A stretch of 64,000 nt of DNA, from positions 14,744,275-14,808,274 of the forward strand of contig NC_134032.1 of the NCBI RefSeq assembly GCF_964204645.1. The letters are read 5' to 3'. The position numbers and the translations under genes are program-made. Origin of the DNA: Tubulanus polymorphus. Its lineage: Eukaryota; Animalia; Nemertea. The notes below the pieces were generated by a model. The model had not been told where the DNA came from. It searched no databases and saw only the letters and a list, made by a program, of their open reading frames with translations. Positions 13,045 to 26,400 of this stretch are shown piece after piece (the stretch's first letter is position 1; the number at the start of each line of letters is the position of its first letter).

Positions 13045-14577
13045 TTAGTTTGTTGTATTTGTTGGAAGTCCTTGAAACTGTTGACTGCATCTATACAACG
13101 ACAGGACCCCCGGCCCTCCCCCGGGCAACCGATCTACATGTTACAACTCTGCAGCAAACTGAGACCGGCAAACTCTTATGAACGGACTGGAAAGAATTGT
13201 CGAAGCTGAACGAATGTTCGAGTAAAAGACTAGAATTACATCAGGAAAAGATGTAATTTTTGTCTTGAGTTGAGATTGATCAGTTTGATCAGTCTTCATC
13301 AGGTGTGGATAAAAATTGGGGTTTCGATTCTGTTGCGTGACATTTTTCTATTTAAGATTGAAACAGGTATTGGTGAGAGTGTGCTATTCGACAATTAAAA
13401 ACTAGGACTGTCCCGGGTTCGAACACATGCGATATCGATCCTGATCTCTTTTAGACTGGTTGCCTGTCCCATTCAATATATTCTAACTGAAGGTAGAGAC
13501 CGGCAACCAGTCTAATGCAATGTGGTCATAAATTAGATTCGCGGTTTAGTATCGAAGGGACAGCGGCTGGGGCACGAGGGCCCCTCCCAAAAGGGTTCGG
13601 CACCGCTGCGCCAAGATGTCGTGTACTTTGTGTCCCCACTGCTGGTGAATTCGATATCAGATATTGGTGCATCTTCACCCGTCAAGGGATTCGAACCCAC
13701 TACGCTAAAGCTGTTCCCCGAAGGTGGAAGCGAGTTCGGGAGTAATACTGGACCCCTGGCAAGCGAGGATGGTGCTATGTTTGATAGAAAACCTGGATCA
13801 AATCCGTTTAGTAGCGAATAGTCCGCTAGCCGATGAATAGTGGATTCTACTTCCTGCCGCTGGGTGGTGCACCGGTCGAAAACTGCGGTTTTATATAGTG
13901 CGAATTGGTAAATCGATCTAAAGCCGCGATGTCTGGTAATTTAAAAGATTTAAACGATGATGCTGAATTTCAGGCTGAACTGAACAGCGCTGGTTCAAAA
14001 CTGGTCGTCGTAGATTTCTTCGCAACCTGGTAAGTTGCCCGACAGACCGGGCCACCACCGGCACCAAAGAAATAAACAAAAATCCATTCCGATTTTTCCG
14101 TCAATCGGTGGCTCTTTTGATAAACTATTTACAAATTGATTGAGATGTCAAGAAAAACATTTGCCGTATTTATTTGCTTTAACCCTAACCCTATCACTTA
14201 ACCTCTGTGTACTAACGGATCTTTGTATTTGTTGATTTATCTGTAGCTAGGTGGCGCCCTTGTCATCAAATCGCGCCTGTTTTCGAAGGATACGCCGCCA
14301 ACTATTCTAATGCCGTTTTTCTAAAAGTTGACGTCGATAAATTGACCGTAAGTCCATGAGAGACGGGTTCGACCGTACTTTAAGCATCCAAAAAACCCGT
14401 CGTATTTTGCTTTAATGATTTATTGGTCGGTTTTTTAGGAAGTGACGAAACGGTACAATATCACAGCGATGCCGACCTTCACCTTCTTCAAAAACAAGGT
14501 CAAAGTCGAAAGGAAATATCAAAAAGCATTATCAAGAGCCAGGAGAAAGTGATGAAACAGTTGAAGTTAAAGGCCAT

Positions 14578-14975
14578 GTAAGTTTGTGAAATACAGCAGA
14601 CTGTCTCTTACTGCGGTAAAGTTGAGACCGGTAAAATTCTACCCTAAGTTGGTGTCAAATACTGAGTAAGAGTTTGTGAAATACAGTAGACTCTGTCTCT
14701 TACTGGGGTAAACTTGAGACTAGTAAAATTCTACCCCGAGTTGGTGTCAAATACTGAGTAAGAGTTTGTGAAATACAGTAGACTCTGTCCCTTACTGCGG
14801 TAAACTTGAGACTGGTAAAATTCTACCCCGATTTGGTTTCAAATACTGAGTAAGAGTTTGTGAAATACAGTAGACTCTGTCTCTTACTGGGGTAAAGTTG
14901 AGACCGGTAAAATTCTACCCCGAGTTGGTATCAAATACCGAGTAAGAGTTTGTGATATACAGTTGACTCTGTCTC
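14578..14975 (+). repeat. 92-bp tandem repeat (~4.3 units) starting at a TXNL1 splice donor
   Basis: GTAAG at 14578, 14666, 14758, 14850 and 14942. Confidence 0.9.
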
Positions 14976-17179
14976 ATTCCTCAGCTGTTAACAGATTGGC
15001 CGATTGTGAATATTTAAGATTAAACTCATGAATATTCAAACAGACCTCATAAATATTGAAATGAACCTCATGAATATTTACAGATATCTAAGATGATACA
15101 GATGAATGGTTCGTAATTTTTAAACGAATCGGACGATTACACGTTGAAACACGCTCTCTCTCCTAAAGGCGGTTATTTACAGTCGGACTGCGACGAACAG
15201 TTGATAATTTCCCTCGAATTCTCACAACCTGTTAAACTACATTCGTTAAAGATGTACGCCCCAGACGGTAAGAGACTCCAGCGTCCCTACGACTCCTTGA
15301 TCCCTTTAAACAGGGTCCCCATGTCTCCTTGATTCCTTCAAAACTCCTTTTAAACTGAAAAAGCTGTTAAAAGGTGCTTGAAACTCCTTCAATTTTGAGA
15401 AATAGGCAATTATAAATTTTTGTAGTTGTACATTAGACTATGTCTAAATCTGTAAAGTTGGGACCAGTTTTCAATACCCAATCACAAGGTAGGCCAGTTA
15501 CTGAATTAGAAGCCAAGTTAAGGTAGTGCTGAGGATAAAACTTGCTTACAAAACACTGAATTAATGGTTTACTCGGATAAACAGTACCCATTTATGTCTA
15601 TTATGTCCATTTATGTAATTGCGATTTGAAAGTGATGCAGACACTTCCTCACAATTTGAAAGTTTCAGCCTTAAAACTCCTTACATTCAAACTCAAATTA
15701 TTCAACTGAATTTTTCAGACGGAACTGCAGCAAAAACAATTAAACTTTTCGCGAATCGACCGCAAACTTTAGACTTCAACTTGGCAGAGAGTATGGACGC
15801 AATTCAGAAAACACGGTAAGTTTTAAACATTTGCCCCCTCCCCCAATCTCTCACCCTGAGTCTCCCCATTTCTCTCTCTCTTCCTGAGTCTCTTTCATCT
15901 TGTTTCTTTTTGATTTTTCAGATTGACCCCGGACGATGTAAAAGAAGGACTTTAATACCGCTACGATAAGTCAAATTCAAAAATGTTTCCAGTGTTTCGG
16001 CGTTCCAGCGTTTCGGTAACAATGAAAATCATTTCATATTTCAACAGTTAAAACAGTTACAGTTTGAATCAGAAAAAAAAACTGAAAAATTACAGCAGTT
16101 TGAAAAAAAAACTGCCAAATTCAATGAATTTCTATTAGTCTTATCAAAAATTCATAAAGACTAGTCTCTGAATTTTTGGTCTTATTAAGTCGACTATTGG
16201 ATGTTAAAGATTGATCTCTAAGATTCTTTTAAAGATTGACTCTAGAAAAGGCTGATTTCAACACAATTTAGTTTTTCACCTGAAGCACAGTCTACTTGTC
16301 GTTAATTCAGAGATTTTTGGAAACATTGAGTTTTATTCGAGTTAATTATCTACGCATTATGTTTATTTTCCAGATATTCGTAAATGATAATCAAGGAGGT
16401 AATGAGACGACCGTTATTAACTATTTAGGATTTATCGGTTCACCTGTGATGGCTACGAACATGTCCGATTTCAAACGAGTAAGTTTCAAATGCCGACCAA
16501 GGCACCCGTCGTAAGATTGTTATTTTCGTCGCCCGGTGTAGATTGATTTTAAGATTGTTAATTTCAAGATCATTTCAAAAGATGATATTTTCGTTAACGG
16601 GTGAAGATTATATTTTCTTCGACCAGCGTAGATCAATTTTAAGATGTTATTTTCAAGATGATTTCGTCAGATGTTATTTCCATTGGTGAAGATCTTTATT
16701 TTCGCATAATTTAGATAAATGACGCTGACGATGCCAACGGTGGATGTGGTTGCTGCGGCAACGCAAATGATGATAACAATGATGATGATGATGATGATGA
16801 TTATTTAACCGAGGAAGAAGAGCCTGAATTTATTAAAACGCGTTTTCAAATGATTTTAATGAGGTTTAATATTGAATTTAGACAACTGAGTTTCTTAGGT
16901 CATTATTTCTCCCTGCCCTAGTAGAGTTTATACACAAATTTCTAAAAGGGTTGATTTATGAGGATATTTGATGGATGTTAGGCTCCCCCTTCCTTCTCCA
17001 TTCAGATTAGATATTTTTGAAATTTACATTTTTCTAATGGACACTTACGTTTTGTAAAATATGGTGATTGTTTATTTCACGTATGTTTAGATATTTCAGT
17101 CACCGATTTAATCTGAATTTCAACCTGAATTGAGACAATGAATTCTGAGATATTTTCACCATCTGTAGAACTCTGTTTA

Positions 17180-17332
17180 CAGTGGAACCTCGTTTATACA
17201 ATTTATCAGATATTACAAAACTAGAATTTCATTCCAGATAAGACAATATCAATTATTTCCATACTTGATATAACGAATTATAACTAATGGATTTTCTGTT
17301 GCCCTGAAGTTCGTTGCAACGAGGTTCCACTG
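17180..17332. mobile_element. Tc1/pogo-type MITE
   Basis: TA-CAGTGGAACCTCGTT...AACGAGGTTCCACTG-TA. Confidence 0.75.
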
Positions 17333-17899
17333 TATAATTTTCTAAATTCAAAAAATGTTTTACAGACTTTTCGACATCAATAATTAACCGCTAAGAATTA
17401 CTTTCTTTTTATTATTTCAGGTGGCGGGAAAGAAAGGAGAGATTCATCATTGATGGCGAGGGTCAATGTCGAACGTACATTATTTCACCAAGAAACAAAG
17501 ATTAGGAACTTAGGAAGGGATTAATTTCACCAGAGAATTGTGACCACATTACAACAGCGAGCGTATGAATTTGCACGAGGCAAAATCGAAAATTACCACT
17601 TTTATTGCATTGTGATTAATAAACTCAATATTATTATTATCATTTACTGAATGGTTTTTCTTTTGAGTTAATTTTTCTTCTATCAGAGGACCGGCATCAA
17701 TGATGACATGATTTTTGTAGGCTTAAGCAAAAGTTAACACAGTGGCAGGTTGCACTTTTTCACTTAGTGAATTGCATCAATGCCTAATCATGACTTTTCT
17801 GACTTATCACAACTAGTATCCTCATGGACAGACTGTCGACCCTGTACGCATGATTTGATATCGCCATACTCTTTGACCAAAATAAAAAAATGGGATAAG

Positions 17900-18452
17900 T
17901 ACGGAAGCCCCTAGGTGACATATGAGATAATTTTTCGACATAATAAGTCGAATTTCGTGTTAATTAAGTCGAATTTCGACTTAATAAGTCGAATTTCGTG
18001 TTAATTAAGTCGAATTTCGACTTAATAAGTCGAAATTCGACATGAAAATAAAACTCAAAATTCGACTTAATTAACACGAAAATCAAAACTAATTCAGCTG
18101 TATAATAACACAATAGGTTCACTTAGATACAGATAAATAAATGTGCTCAGATACACATGTATCAGCTACATTTTAAATGTCCATGGACCTGAATTAAAAA
18201 CAATTTCACATAACTTATTGAATTTACCCTAATCGTAGATATCTTATAGTAATACATTAATGAGTAATTGACCTTTGATTCTAATTGTCAGTTAAACAAT
18301 ATCTATTATGCGACATACTAAGTCGAATTTCGTGTTAATTAAGTCGAATTTCGACTTAATAAGTCGAATTTCGTGTTAATTAAGTCGAATTTCGACTTAA
18401 TAAGTCGAAATTGTGAAAAAAATTTCTCGTATGTCACTTAGGGGCTTCCGTA
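17900..18452. mobile_element. TACGGAAGCCCC-TIR MITE with internal AAGTCGAATTTCG repeats and a captured 231-bp insert
   Basis: TIRs TACGGAAGCCCCTAGGTGACAT / ATGTCACTTAGGGGCTTCCGTA; TSD GGATAAG. Confidence 0.9.
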
Positions 18453-19481
18453 GGATAAGAGTAGGTTGGAACAAGAAACGAAATTCTAATATGGACTTTC
18501 CTAAATTAACATGACGATGTACGGCGTTTAATTCAGTATCAAAATTAAAGAAAACAATTTGTTTTTTTTTTAAATTATGAGTGGTAATTAGCATGAAGTT
18601 TTTGGCATAATTTCAGAGGATCGGTGCTCGTAATTAAAAAAGCCTATCTCCCCTCAATTGAATCAAAGAGTTTTTATGAAAATTGACGGGATTCTGTGAT
18701 AACAGCATGAATGATGATTAATCATGAATACATGGTATTAGTGGGTTTTCCCCAATGACTCAAATAGACTGCTTTCCTCGTGCATGGTGTGAGTTAGTTA
18801 TCTCGGGGTGCATGAACTGTCCGTGACTAATAAACCAATTTCATTAGTAAATGTTTACGCGGTTTCTATGATATGAAGACCTGTGTTGGTGTGAATCTTT
18901 AACTGAAGTGTTATCGGTCGGTATATAAATTATTCTATAATTTAAGAAAAAAAACAGGCGGCGGCTTTATAAACTGATAAATTCGGAAGTAGCTATGTAT
19001 TTTGGGAATCAAGTAATTTATTTCTTGGCCTTATTAAAGTTCCTCCACTATATTATTCGGCTGACTACTGGCGCCTATTCGACCCGGCAGTGGAACCTTT
19101 CATAATGTAAAACCATTCAACAATAGAGACACAATTGCGGTTTTTCAGAGTTGTTGATATCATTTATACGCGCTATTGAATACGTCACCGACTGACCACG
19201 GTGAGCACGGGCATAGGCCATTCATTCACCTCTGCACACTCACACTGTGAACATGCTACCGTGGATTCTCCTCCTGGCGATTTTCGCTGCGCTCCCGCTC
19301 GTGCTCCTGTTCCTACTTCCTGAGGAACGACGTCTTTATGTTTTGTGTATTACTGTGTGTCTCTGTGCTGTCCTGTACTGTTCCGTGTTTATTAATCCGT
19401 TCTTTTTTGCAGGTTCTAACCCGTTTTATTTTTCAGGGCCGATTTCTCTGTTGAATTTCATCGTTTGCTGGAACAAAACTA

Positions 19482-19710
19482 ATGTCCGAAAGCGTCAGCT
19501 CTCCTTCGCCGGTCATGTGTCGAGGATGTCAGACAAAGAGTCGGTCAGGAAATTCTGCCCTCTTCACGCCCTCATACGGAACAGGAAAACTAGGATGACG
19601 AGGCCTCACTGCCCCCACCTATCTACAAAGTGTGCTGAGTGATGTCAATGACGGGCATATCTGTGGGATTGCGCGGGATACAAATGGAGCGGTTATACTG
19701 GATTGTCACG
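19482..19710 (+). mobile_element. RTE-type LINE C-terminal remnant
   Basis: VRKRQLSFAGHVSRM, followed after a frameshift by PSYGTGKLG and TYL, resembles the post-RT region of RTE-clade ORF2. Confidence 0.6.
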
Positions 19711-22700
19711 CTACTAGCATTCATTGTGTCCTTGTGACCACCCGGATGAGGGATGATTCTACTGTCACGCTCTTTGTTTCTGGTATTCTGAGTCGGCTGA
19801 GGGATGATTCTGCTGTCACGCTCTTTGATTTCTAGTTTTAGTGCTAGTTTTCATTGTGTCCTTGTGATAACCTCGGTCAGTGGATGAAGTCTCTCGTCGG
19901 CTTGTGAGTGCTAGTTTCATTGTGTCCTTGTGATAACCTCGGTCAGTGGATGAAGTCTCTTGTCACGCTTTTGGGTGCTAGTTGAGATCCTGAATCTCAA
20001 CCCGGTCAAGCTGGTTGTACTGCACTGTTTGTGTTTCGTGCAATTTTACAGGTGTGTCAGTTACTGACGTCGCCCAGTACATCCTGCAGTTAGATGGGGA
20101 ATGTGAGGCGTCGTCATCCTGGTTTTCGCGTTCTGTGTGAGGACGTGTAGAGGGCGGTATATTCCTGGCTGGCTCTTTGTCTGGTGTTCTGGGCATGTGA
20201 CCGGCGACGGAGAGCTGTAAAGCTTTCGAACATTTGTTTTGTTCCGTACCAGGTTTTCATCGCTCTTCTCTTTTTTTCAATTTCAGGACTCCCAAGATGA
20301 AGAAGAAGATGCTGAAGGTGACTACAACGAAGAGGATGCCGAAAAAAAGAACACTGAATTCAGCAATATTGAAAGTTAAGTTGATACACATGTAAATTAC
20401 GATGAGTGATACGAAAAGGATTGTGTAACTACAGAATATTGTTCTTTTACTCATTTCAGGTTAATCCGGAAAGGCCCATCTAAAATCTGCCCACCAGAAG
20501 TGCCCACAAAAGACTCCACCTTGAAGGACCACCAAAGACCTGCCGCAACCGAACCTGGCAGTCTTGACCTCATCCTGCATGGCAACAGGAATGCATACAT
20601 ACATAAAGCTAAGTTGATTCTTCATATCTGGGGTAGAATGCATAGGCAATGGAGAGGATAGAGACACTGGTCTAGCTCACCATCTCCGCACTACTTTATT
20701 GAAGCTCTGTGGCCGGTAGTAAATTGAAATGAAGCAAGGCAATGATTGCTTGAATATTTAAAATATTAGACGAAATGATTGAGTGAGGTCCCTTAAATAT
20801 TATTTGGTCTGATAATTAAAATGTAGATTGGTCTGTTATTGATTAAAAGATTTTGTAAGTACGTACAATTAAGGTAAATTCAATATCTTATGTGACATTT
20901 GAAATTTTTCGAATGTACCGTAGATATTTCAGGCCTCATATGACTATTGTCTAACTGACAATCAAGATATAGATAGGACAATTTACTAATTAACTAATTG
21001 CTTAGATATAAGCAATCATTCAATATCTTATAATGTTTGATGAAAAATTCTTCTGGTGTAGATATTTTAGGGCCCCCATATACATTAAGGCTGGCTTTAC
21101 GTATAAAGATATATATCAATTAAACTTTATCGTCAGTGAATAGATTATTTTACAAATAATATTGATACATATATCATTTATATGTCATTTATAAACATTC
21201 AGGCACTTAACAGTATATATTATATGCTGCTTTACCCATTGCATTAATGAATTTCTGGGGGAAAGATGTATAAAATAGTGTCTAAGGCTGTATCAAGATC
21301 TGGTGTAATATATATGGGGAAAACTATAACTCAATTATGTCCCAGCACTTTGACAAATCTAGAATAAAACAAAGCTTTAACTGGTTCGAATCATTCCCGA
21401 AAGCCATACTCTGTGCCTTGTTTTGCGCTATAATTATTGTTTAACTGACAATTATCATATATAGCTAGGAAAAATTGCTCATTAACCAATGGCTTAGATC
21501 CACAATTAAGATGGATTCAATATTTCTATTTATCAAAAACTATTTATCCGGTATACAGGTCCATAATATAAATGTCGTAAAACTGAAAATTTAAATATAG
21601 CTGATATATGTATGAGCACATCTGAATCAGTCTCATCCACTGATCAGTATTTCCATCTCCAACTGCAGTGCTTATGACAACTGGTCATGTTCTTCACCAA
21701 ATTGCCAAAATTTACCTAAACCTAACTGATTCATCTAAAAGCCATACTGTGTGTCAAGTTACGCATAATAGATATTGTTTAACTGACAATTAGAATCAAA
21801 GGTCAATTACTCATTAATGTATTACTATAAGATATCTACGATTAGGGTAAATTCAATAAGTTATGTGAAATTGTTTTTAATTCAGGTCCATGGACATTTA
21901 AAATGTAGCTGATACATGTGTATCTGAGCACATTTATTTATCTGTATCTAAGTGAACCTATTGTGTCTTCATACAGCTGAATTAGTTTTGATACATATTG
22001 CCAAAATCATTTCACGCAGATTTACTTCCGATCGAAGGGAGATAAGACAAATCTGTACGTGCACAAATACATTCCTGAATTTGGAAGGGAGAATATTTCA
22101 ATTTCACTGTGTATGTCAGATTGAGAGCCTTATTCTGACAGGATATCCTAAACTTAGGTCTTATTCCTCTTGCTAATAGCTCTCTTTTACTAACCCCTCT
22201 CCTTCAAACTATTTTCTAGCATCATGTCTTGCACCGCACCAGGGAGGTCCGGTCATAACAAGGTCTTTCGGTCCTTATACACAGTGTACTACTATAAAAG
22301 GGAAATAAAGATTATATAGCAATTCGGCTTTGAGGGAATTTCTAATTTACCACTTAAATGTGCTTTTATCTTAATTTCTGATGAATTCACCACATCTGAA
22401 ATTCTACTCATGTAGATTTTCAGGCTCCATGTTCAACTGACTATTAAAATGTAGCTAGTATGATTACTAATTAACGGATCGCTTAGATATCTAGAAGATT
22501 AATTGAAATTAATTCAATGTAATGAATATAAGTGAAAAGTATTTAAAAAATCGTGCAGTGGATGAGACGACTGTATCGTGCAATGTCACCTGCGTCATAA
22601 CTGGGCGACATGTGTGTGGGATCTGTTGAATCAGTTAGGTTTTGGGGAATTCTGTATTCGTCAAACTAGATATCAAAAGCTCTGATGCAAAATAAGCATT

Positions 22701-23489
22701 TTGAAATAGTGATCAATCGAAACCAGATCTGAAATTCTTGTCGAGTAGAAATATCAAGCCCCGTATAAAATTGTCAGAGGCAATTTTAATTATAGCTAGG
22801 AAATTAATTGAGTGATTAGGTATCTAAGATGAAAATTAATTCAGCATCTTCATATAAGGAAAAAGTGCTCAAATCTAAACCGTAGGGGTTGATAAGAAAA
22901 CTGTATAATCTAATGGGTTGATATCTTAAGAAAACAGGGTGTGTTCAGGCTCTGTCTCTTAGACGTGGGATTTATTGAATCTTTTAAGCTTTGCAGAATT
23001 CTGGATTTGTCAAGGCGTTGGAATGATTCAAGGTTTCTTAAATCTGTAGATCCATGTTGACCAGGATCAGTGTGCTCAATGCTGGCAGCGCACAGTTAGT
23101 TATATTATCATAATTACAAGATATATATTAGGAGCAATATTTAGAATTACTGGAATGGATTAGAATAACATTCACTGAGCACAGATGTCGCCATCGGTGG
23201 GTAGAAAACATATCTCTTAAAATTTATTAATTGACGATGAAGTTATTAAAATAGGCAGATGTATTAAAATAGGCAGTCAACTTAATTGACCCCAATCAGT
23301 CGCTTACCGGTTCAGACTGGTTGGAAGATTAATTGAATAAACCGGAACAAAATTTCCCAATTATGTGCTCGGATTTAAAGAAAAAGAAATTTACTACAAA
23401 AAAATTTAAAATTAGACAAAATTACGACCTTGTAAACTTTCGGACTATTTAGACGAAAATAAGAGCAAAGAAATGTAAATTAGACAACC

Positions 23490-26400
23490 AACTTAGGAGA
23501 CCTCACCGATAATGAACCCGGCAATCACAAAAGGTAACTTAATATATTTGGAATTATTGCCATAAATTCTGAATGAAATATTTTGTCATTACAGGATATC
23601 TATTTTTGATCATTGCAGCTAAATTTCAACTATGAGAAAAAACCCAGCTCGAGAACAGCTACTCGTCCAAAATCGACCAACTTGAACAGCGCACAGATGA
23701 AGCCAACAGAATCGAACTCATTAACCCACCAACTTTAGATGATCCACACCGATAACAAACCCAGCAATCATAAAAGGTAACTTGATATACATGAAATTAT
23801 TACGATTAATTCTTATTGAAATATTTGGTCATTACAGGATATCTTCTTTTAATCATTGCAGCTAAATTTCAACTATGCGAAGAAACCCAGCTTGAGATCA
23901 GCTACTCGTCCAAAATTGACCAACTGGTACAGCAAACAGATGATGCCAACAGAATCGAACTCATTTATCAACCAACTAACAAGATAATTGCCGATAACGA
24001 ACCTAGCAATCTTAAAAGGTAACTTGATATACATGAAATTATTACGATTAATTCTTATTGAAATATTTGGTCATTACAGGATATCTTCTTTTAATCATTT
24101 CAGCTAAATTTCAACTATAAGAAGAAACCCAGCTTGAGATCAACTACTCTTCCAAAATCGACCAACTTGAACAGCACACGAGGCCTACAGAATCAAACTC
24201 ATTAACCAATCAACTAATAAGATAATCGCCAATAATGAAACCAGCAATCATAAAAGGTAGCTTGATATACATGAAATTATTACGATTAATTCTTATTGAA
24301 ATATTTGGTCATTACAGAATATCTTCTTTTAATCATTGCAGCTAAATTTCAACTATAAGAAGAAACCCAGCTTGAGATCAACTACTCGTCCAAAATCGAC
24401 CAACTTGAACAGCGCACGAGGCCTACAGAATCAAACTCATTAACCAATCAACTAATAAGATAATCGCCAATAATGAAACCAGCAATCATAAAAGGTAACT
24501 TGATATACATGAAATTATTACGATTAATTCTTATTGAAATATTTGGTCATTACAGGATATCTTCTTTTAATTATTGCAGCTAAATTTCAACTATGCGAAA
24601 AAACCCAGTTTGAGAACAACTACTCGTCAAAAATCAACCAACTTGAACAGCGCACAAGGCCAACAGAATCAAACTCATTAACCAATCAACTAATAAGATA
24701 ATCGCCAATAATGAAACCAGCAATCATAAAAGGTAACTTGATGTACATGAAATTATAACGATTAATTCTTATTGAAATATTTGGTCATTACAGGATATCT
24801 TCTTTTAATCATTGCAGCTAAATTTCAACTATGCGAAAAAACCCAGTTTGAGAACAACTACTCGTCCAAAATCGACCAACTTGAACCGCGCACGAGGCCT
24901 ACAGAATCGAACTCATTAACCCACCAACTTTAGATGATCCACACCGATAACGAACCCAGCAATCATAAAAGGTAACTTGATATACATGAAATTATTACGA
25001 TTAATTCTTATTGAAATATTTGGTCATTACAGGATATCTTCTTTTAATCATTGCAGCTAAATTTCAACAATGCGAAAAAACCCAGCTTGAGAACAACTGC
25101 TCGTCCAAAATCGACCAACTTGAACAGCGCACAGATGAGGCCAACAGAATCGAACTTATTAACCCACCAACTTTAGATGATCCACACTGATAACAAACCA
25201 AGGAATCATAAAAGGTAACTTGATATACATGAAATTATTACGATTAATTCTTATTGAAATATTTGGTCATTACAGGATATCTTCTTTCAATTATTGCAGC
25301 TACATTTCAACTACGCGAAAAAACCCAGTTTGAGAACAACTACTCGTCAAAAATCAACCAACTTGAACAGCGCACAGCCAACTAGGATCGAACTCATTAA
25401 CCAATCAACTAATAAGATAATCGCCGATAACGAAACCAGCAATCATAAAAGGTAACTTGATATACATGAATTTATTACGATTAATTCTTATTGAAATATT
25501 TTGTCATTACAGGATATCTTCTTTCAATTATTGCAGCTACATTTCAACTACGCGAAAAAACCCAGTTTGAGAACAACTACTCGTCAAAAATCAACCAACT
25601 TGAACAGCGCACAGCCAACTAGGATCAAACTCATTAACCAACCAACTAATAAGATAATTGCCGATAACAAAACCAGCAATCATAAAAGGTATCTTGATAT
25701 ACATGAAATTATTACTATTAATTCTTATTGAAATATTTGGTCATTACAGGATATCTTCTTTTAATCATTGCAGCTAAATTTCAACTATGCGAAAAAACCC
25801 AGCTTGAGATCAACTGCTCGTCCAAAATCAACCAACTTGAACAGCGCACAGATGGGGCCAACAGAATTGAACTTATTAACCCACCAACTTTAGATGATCC
25901 ACACCGATAACAAACCAAGCAATCATAAAAGGTAACTTGATATACATGAAATTATTACGATTAATTCTTATTGAAATATTTGGTCATTACAGGATATCTT
26001 CTTTTAATTATTGCAGCTACATTTCAACTACGCGAAAAAACCCAGTTTGAGAACAACTACTCGTCAAAAATCAACCAACTTGAACAGCGCACAGCCAACT
26101 AGGATCGAACTCATTGACCAATCAACTAATAAGATAATCGCCAATAATGAAACCAGCAATCATAAAAGGTAACTTGATATACATGAAATTATTACGATTA
26201 ATTCTTATTGAAATATTTGGTCATTACAGGATATCTTCTTTTAATCATTGCAGCTAAATTTCAACAATGCGAAAAAACCCAGCTTGAGATCAACTGCTCG
26301 TCCAAAATCAACCAACTTGAACAGCGCACAGCCAACTAGGATCGAACTCATTAACCAATCAACTAATAAGATAATCGCCGATAACGAAACCAGCAATCAT

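Larger units (their letters stand above)
13929..17453 (+). pseudogene. TXNL1: Unprocessed thioredoxin-like protein 1 (Trx + PITH) pseudogene
   Basis: Exons 13929-14029, 14251-14347, 14439-14577, 15084-15267, 15719-15815, 15922-16015, 16374-16478 and 17421-17453 give KLVVVDFFATW, LQSDCDEQL and ATNMSDFKR|VAGKKGE. Disablements: WCGPC reads WWRPC; frameshifting deletion near 14511; TAA at 15114; frameshift near 15950; TAA at 15967; ~16-bp duplication near 16000. Confidence 0.88.

Noticed and set aside
13255-13305. Additional hammerhead on the minus strand (CTGATGA plus hairpin)
   Set aside because: GAAA core missing; at best a dead Penelope-like remnant.
14179-14193. Telomeric repeat TAACCCTAACCCT
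   Set aside because: Only two units; common in repeats and by chance.
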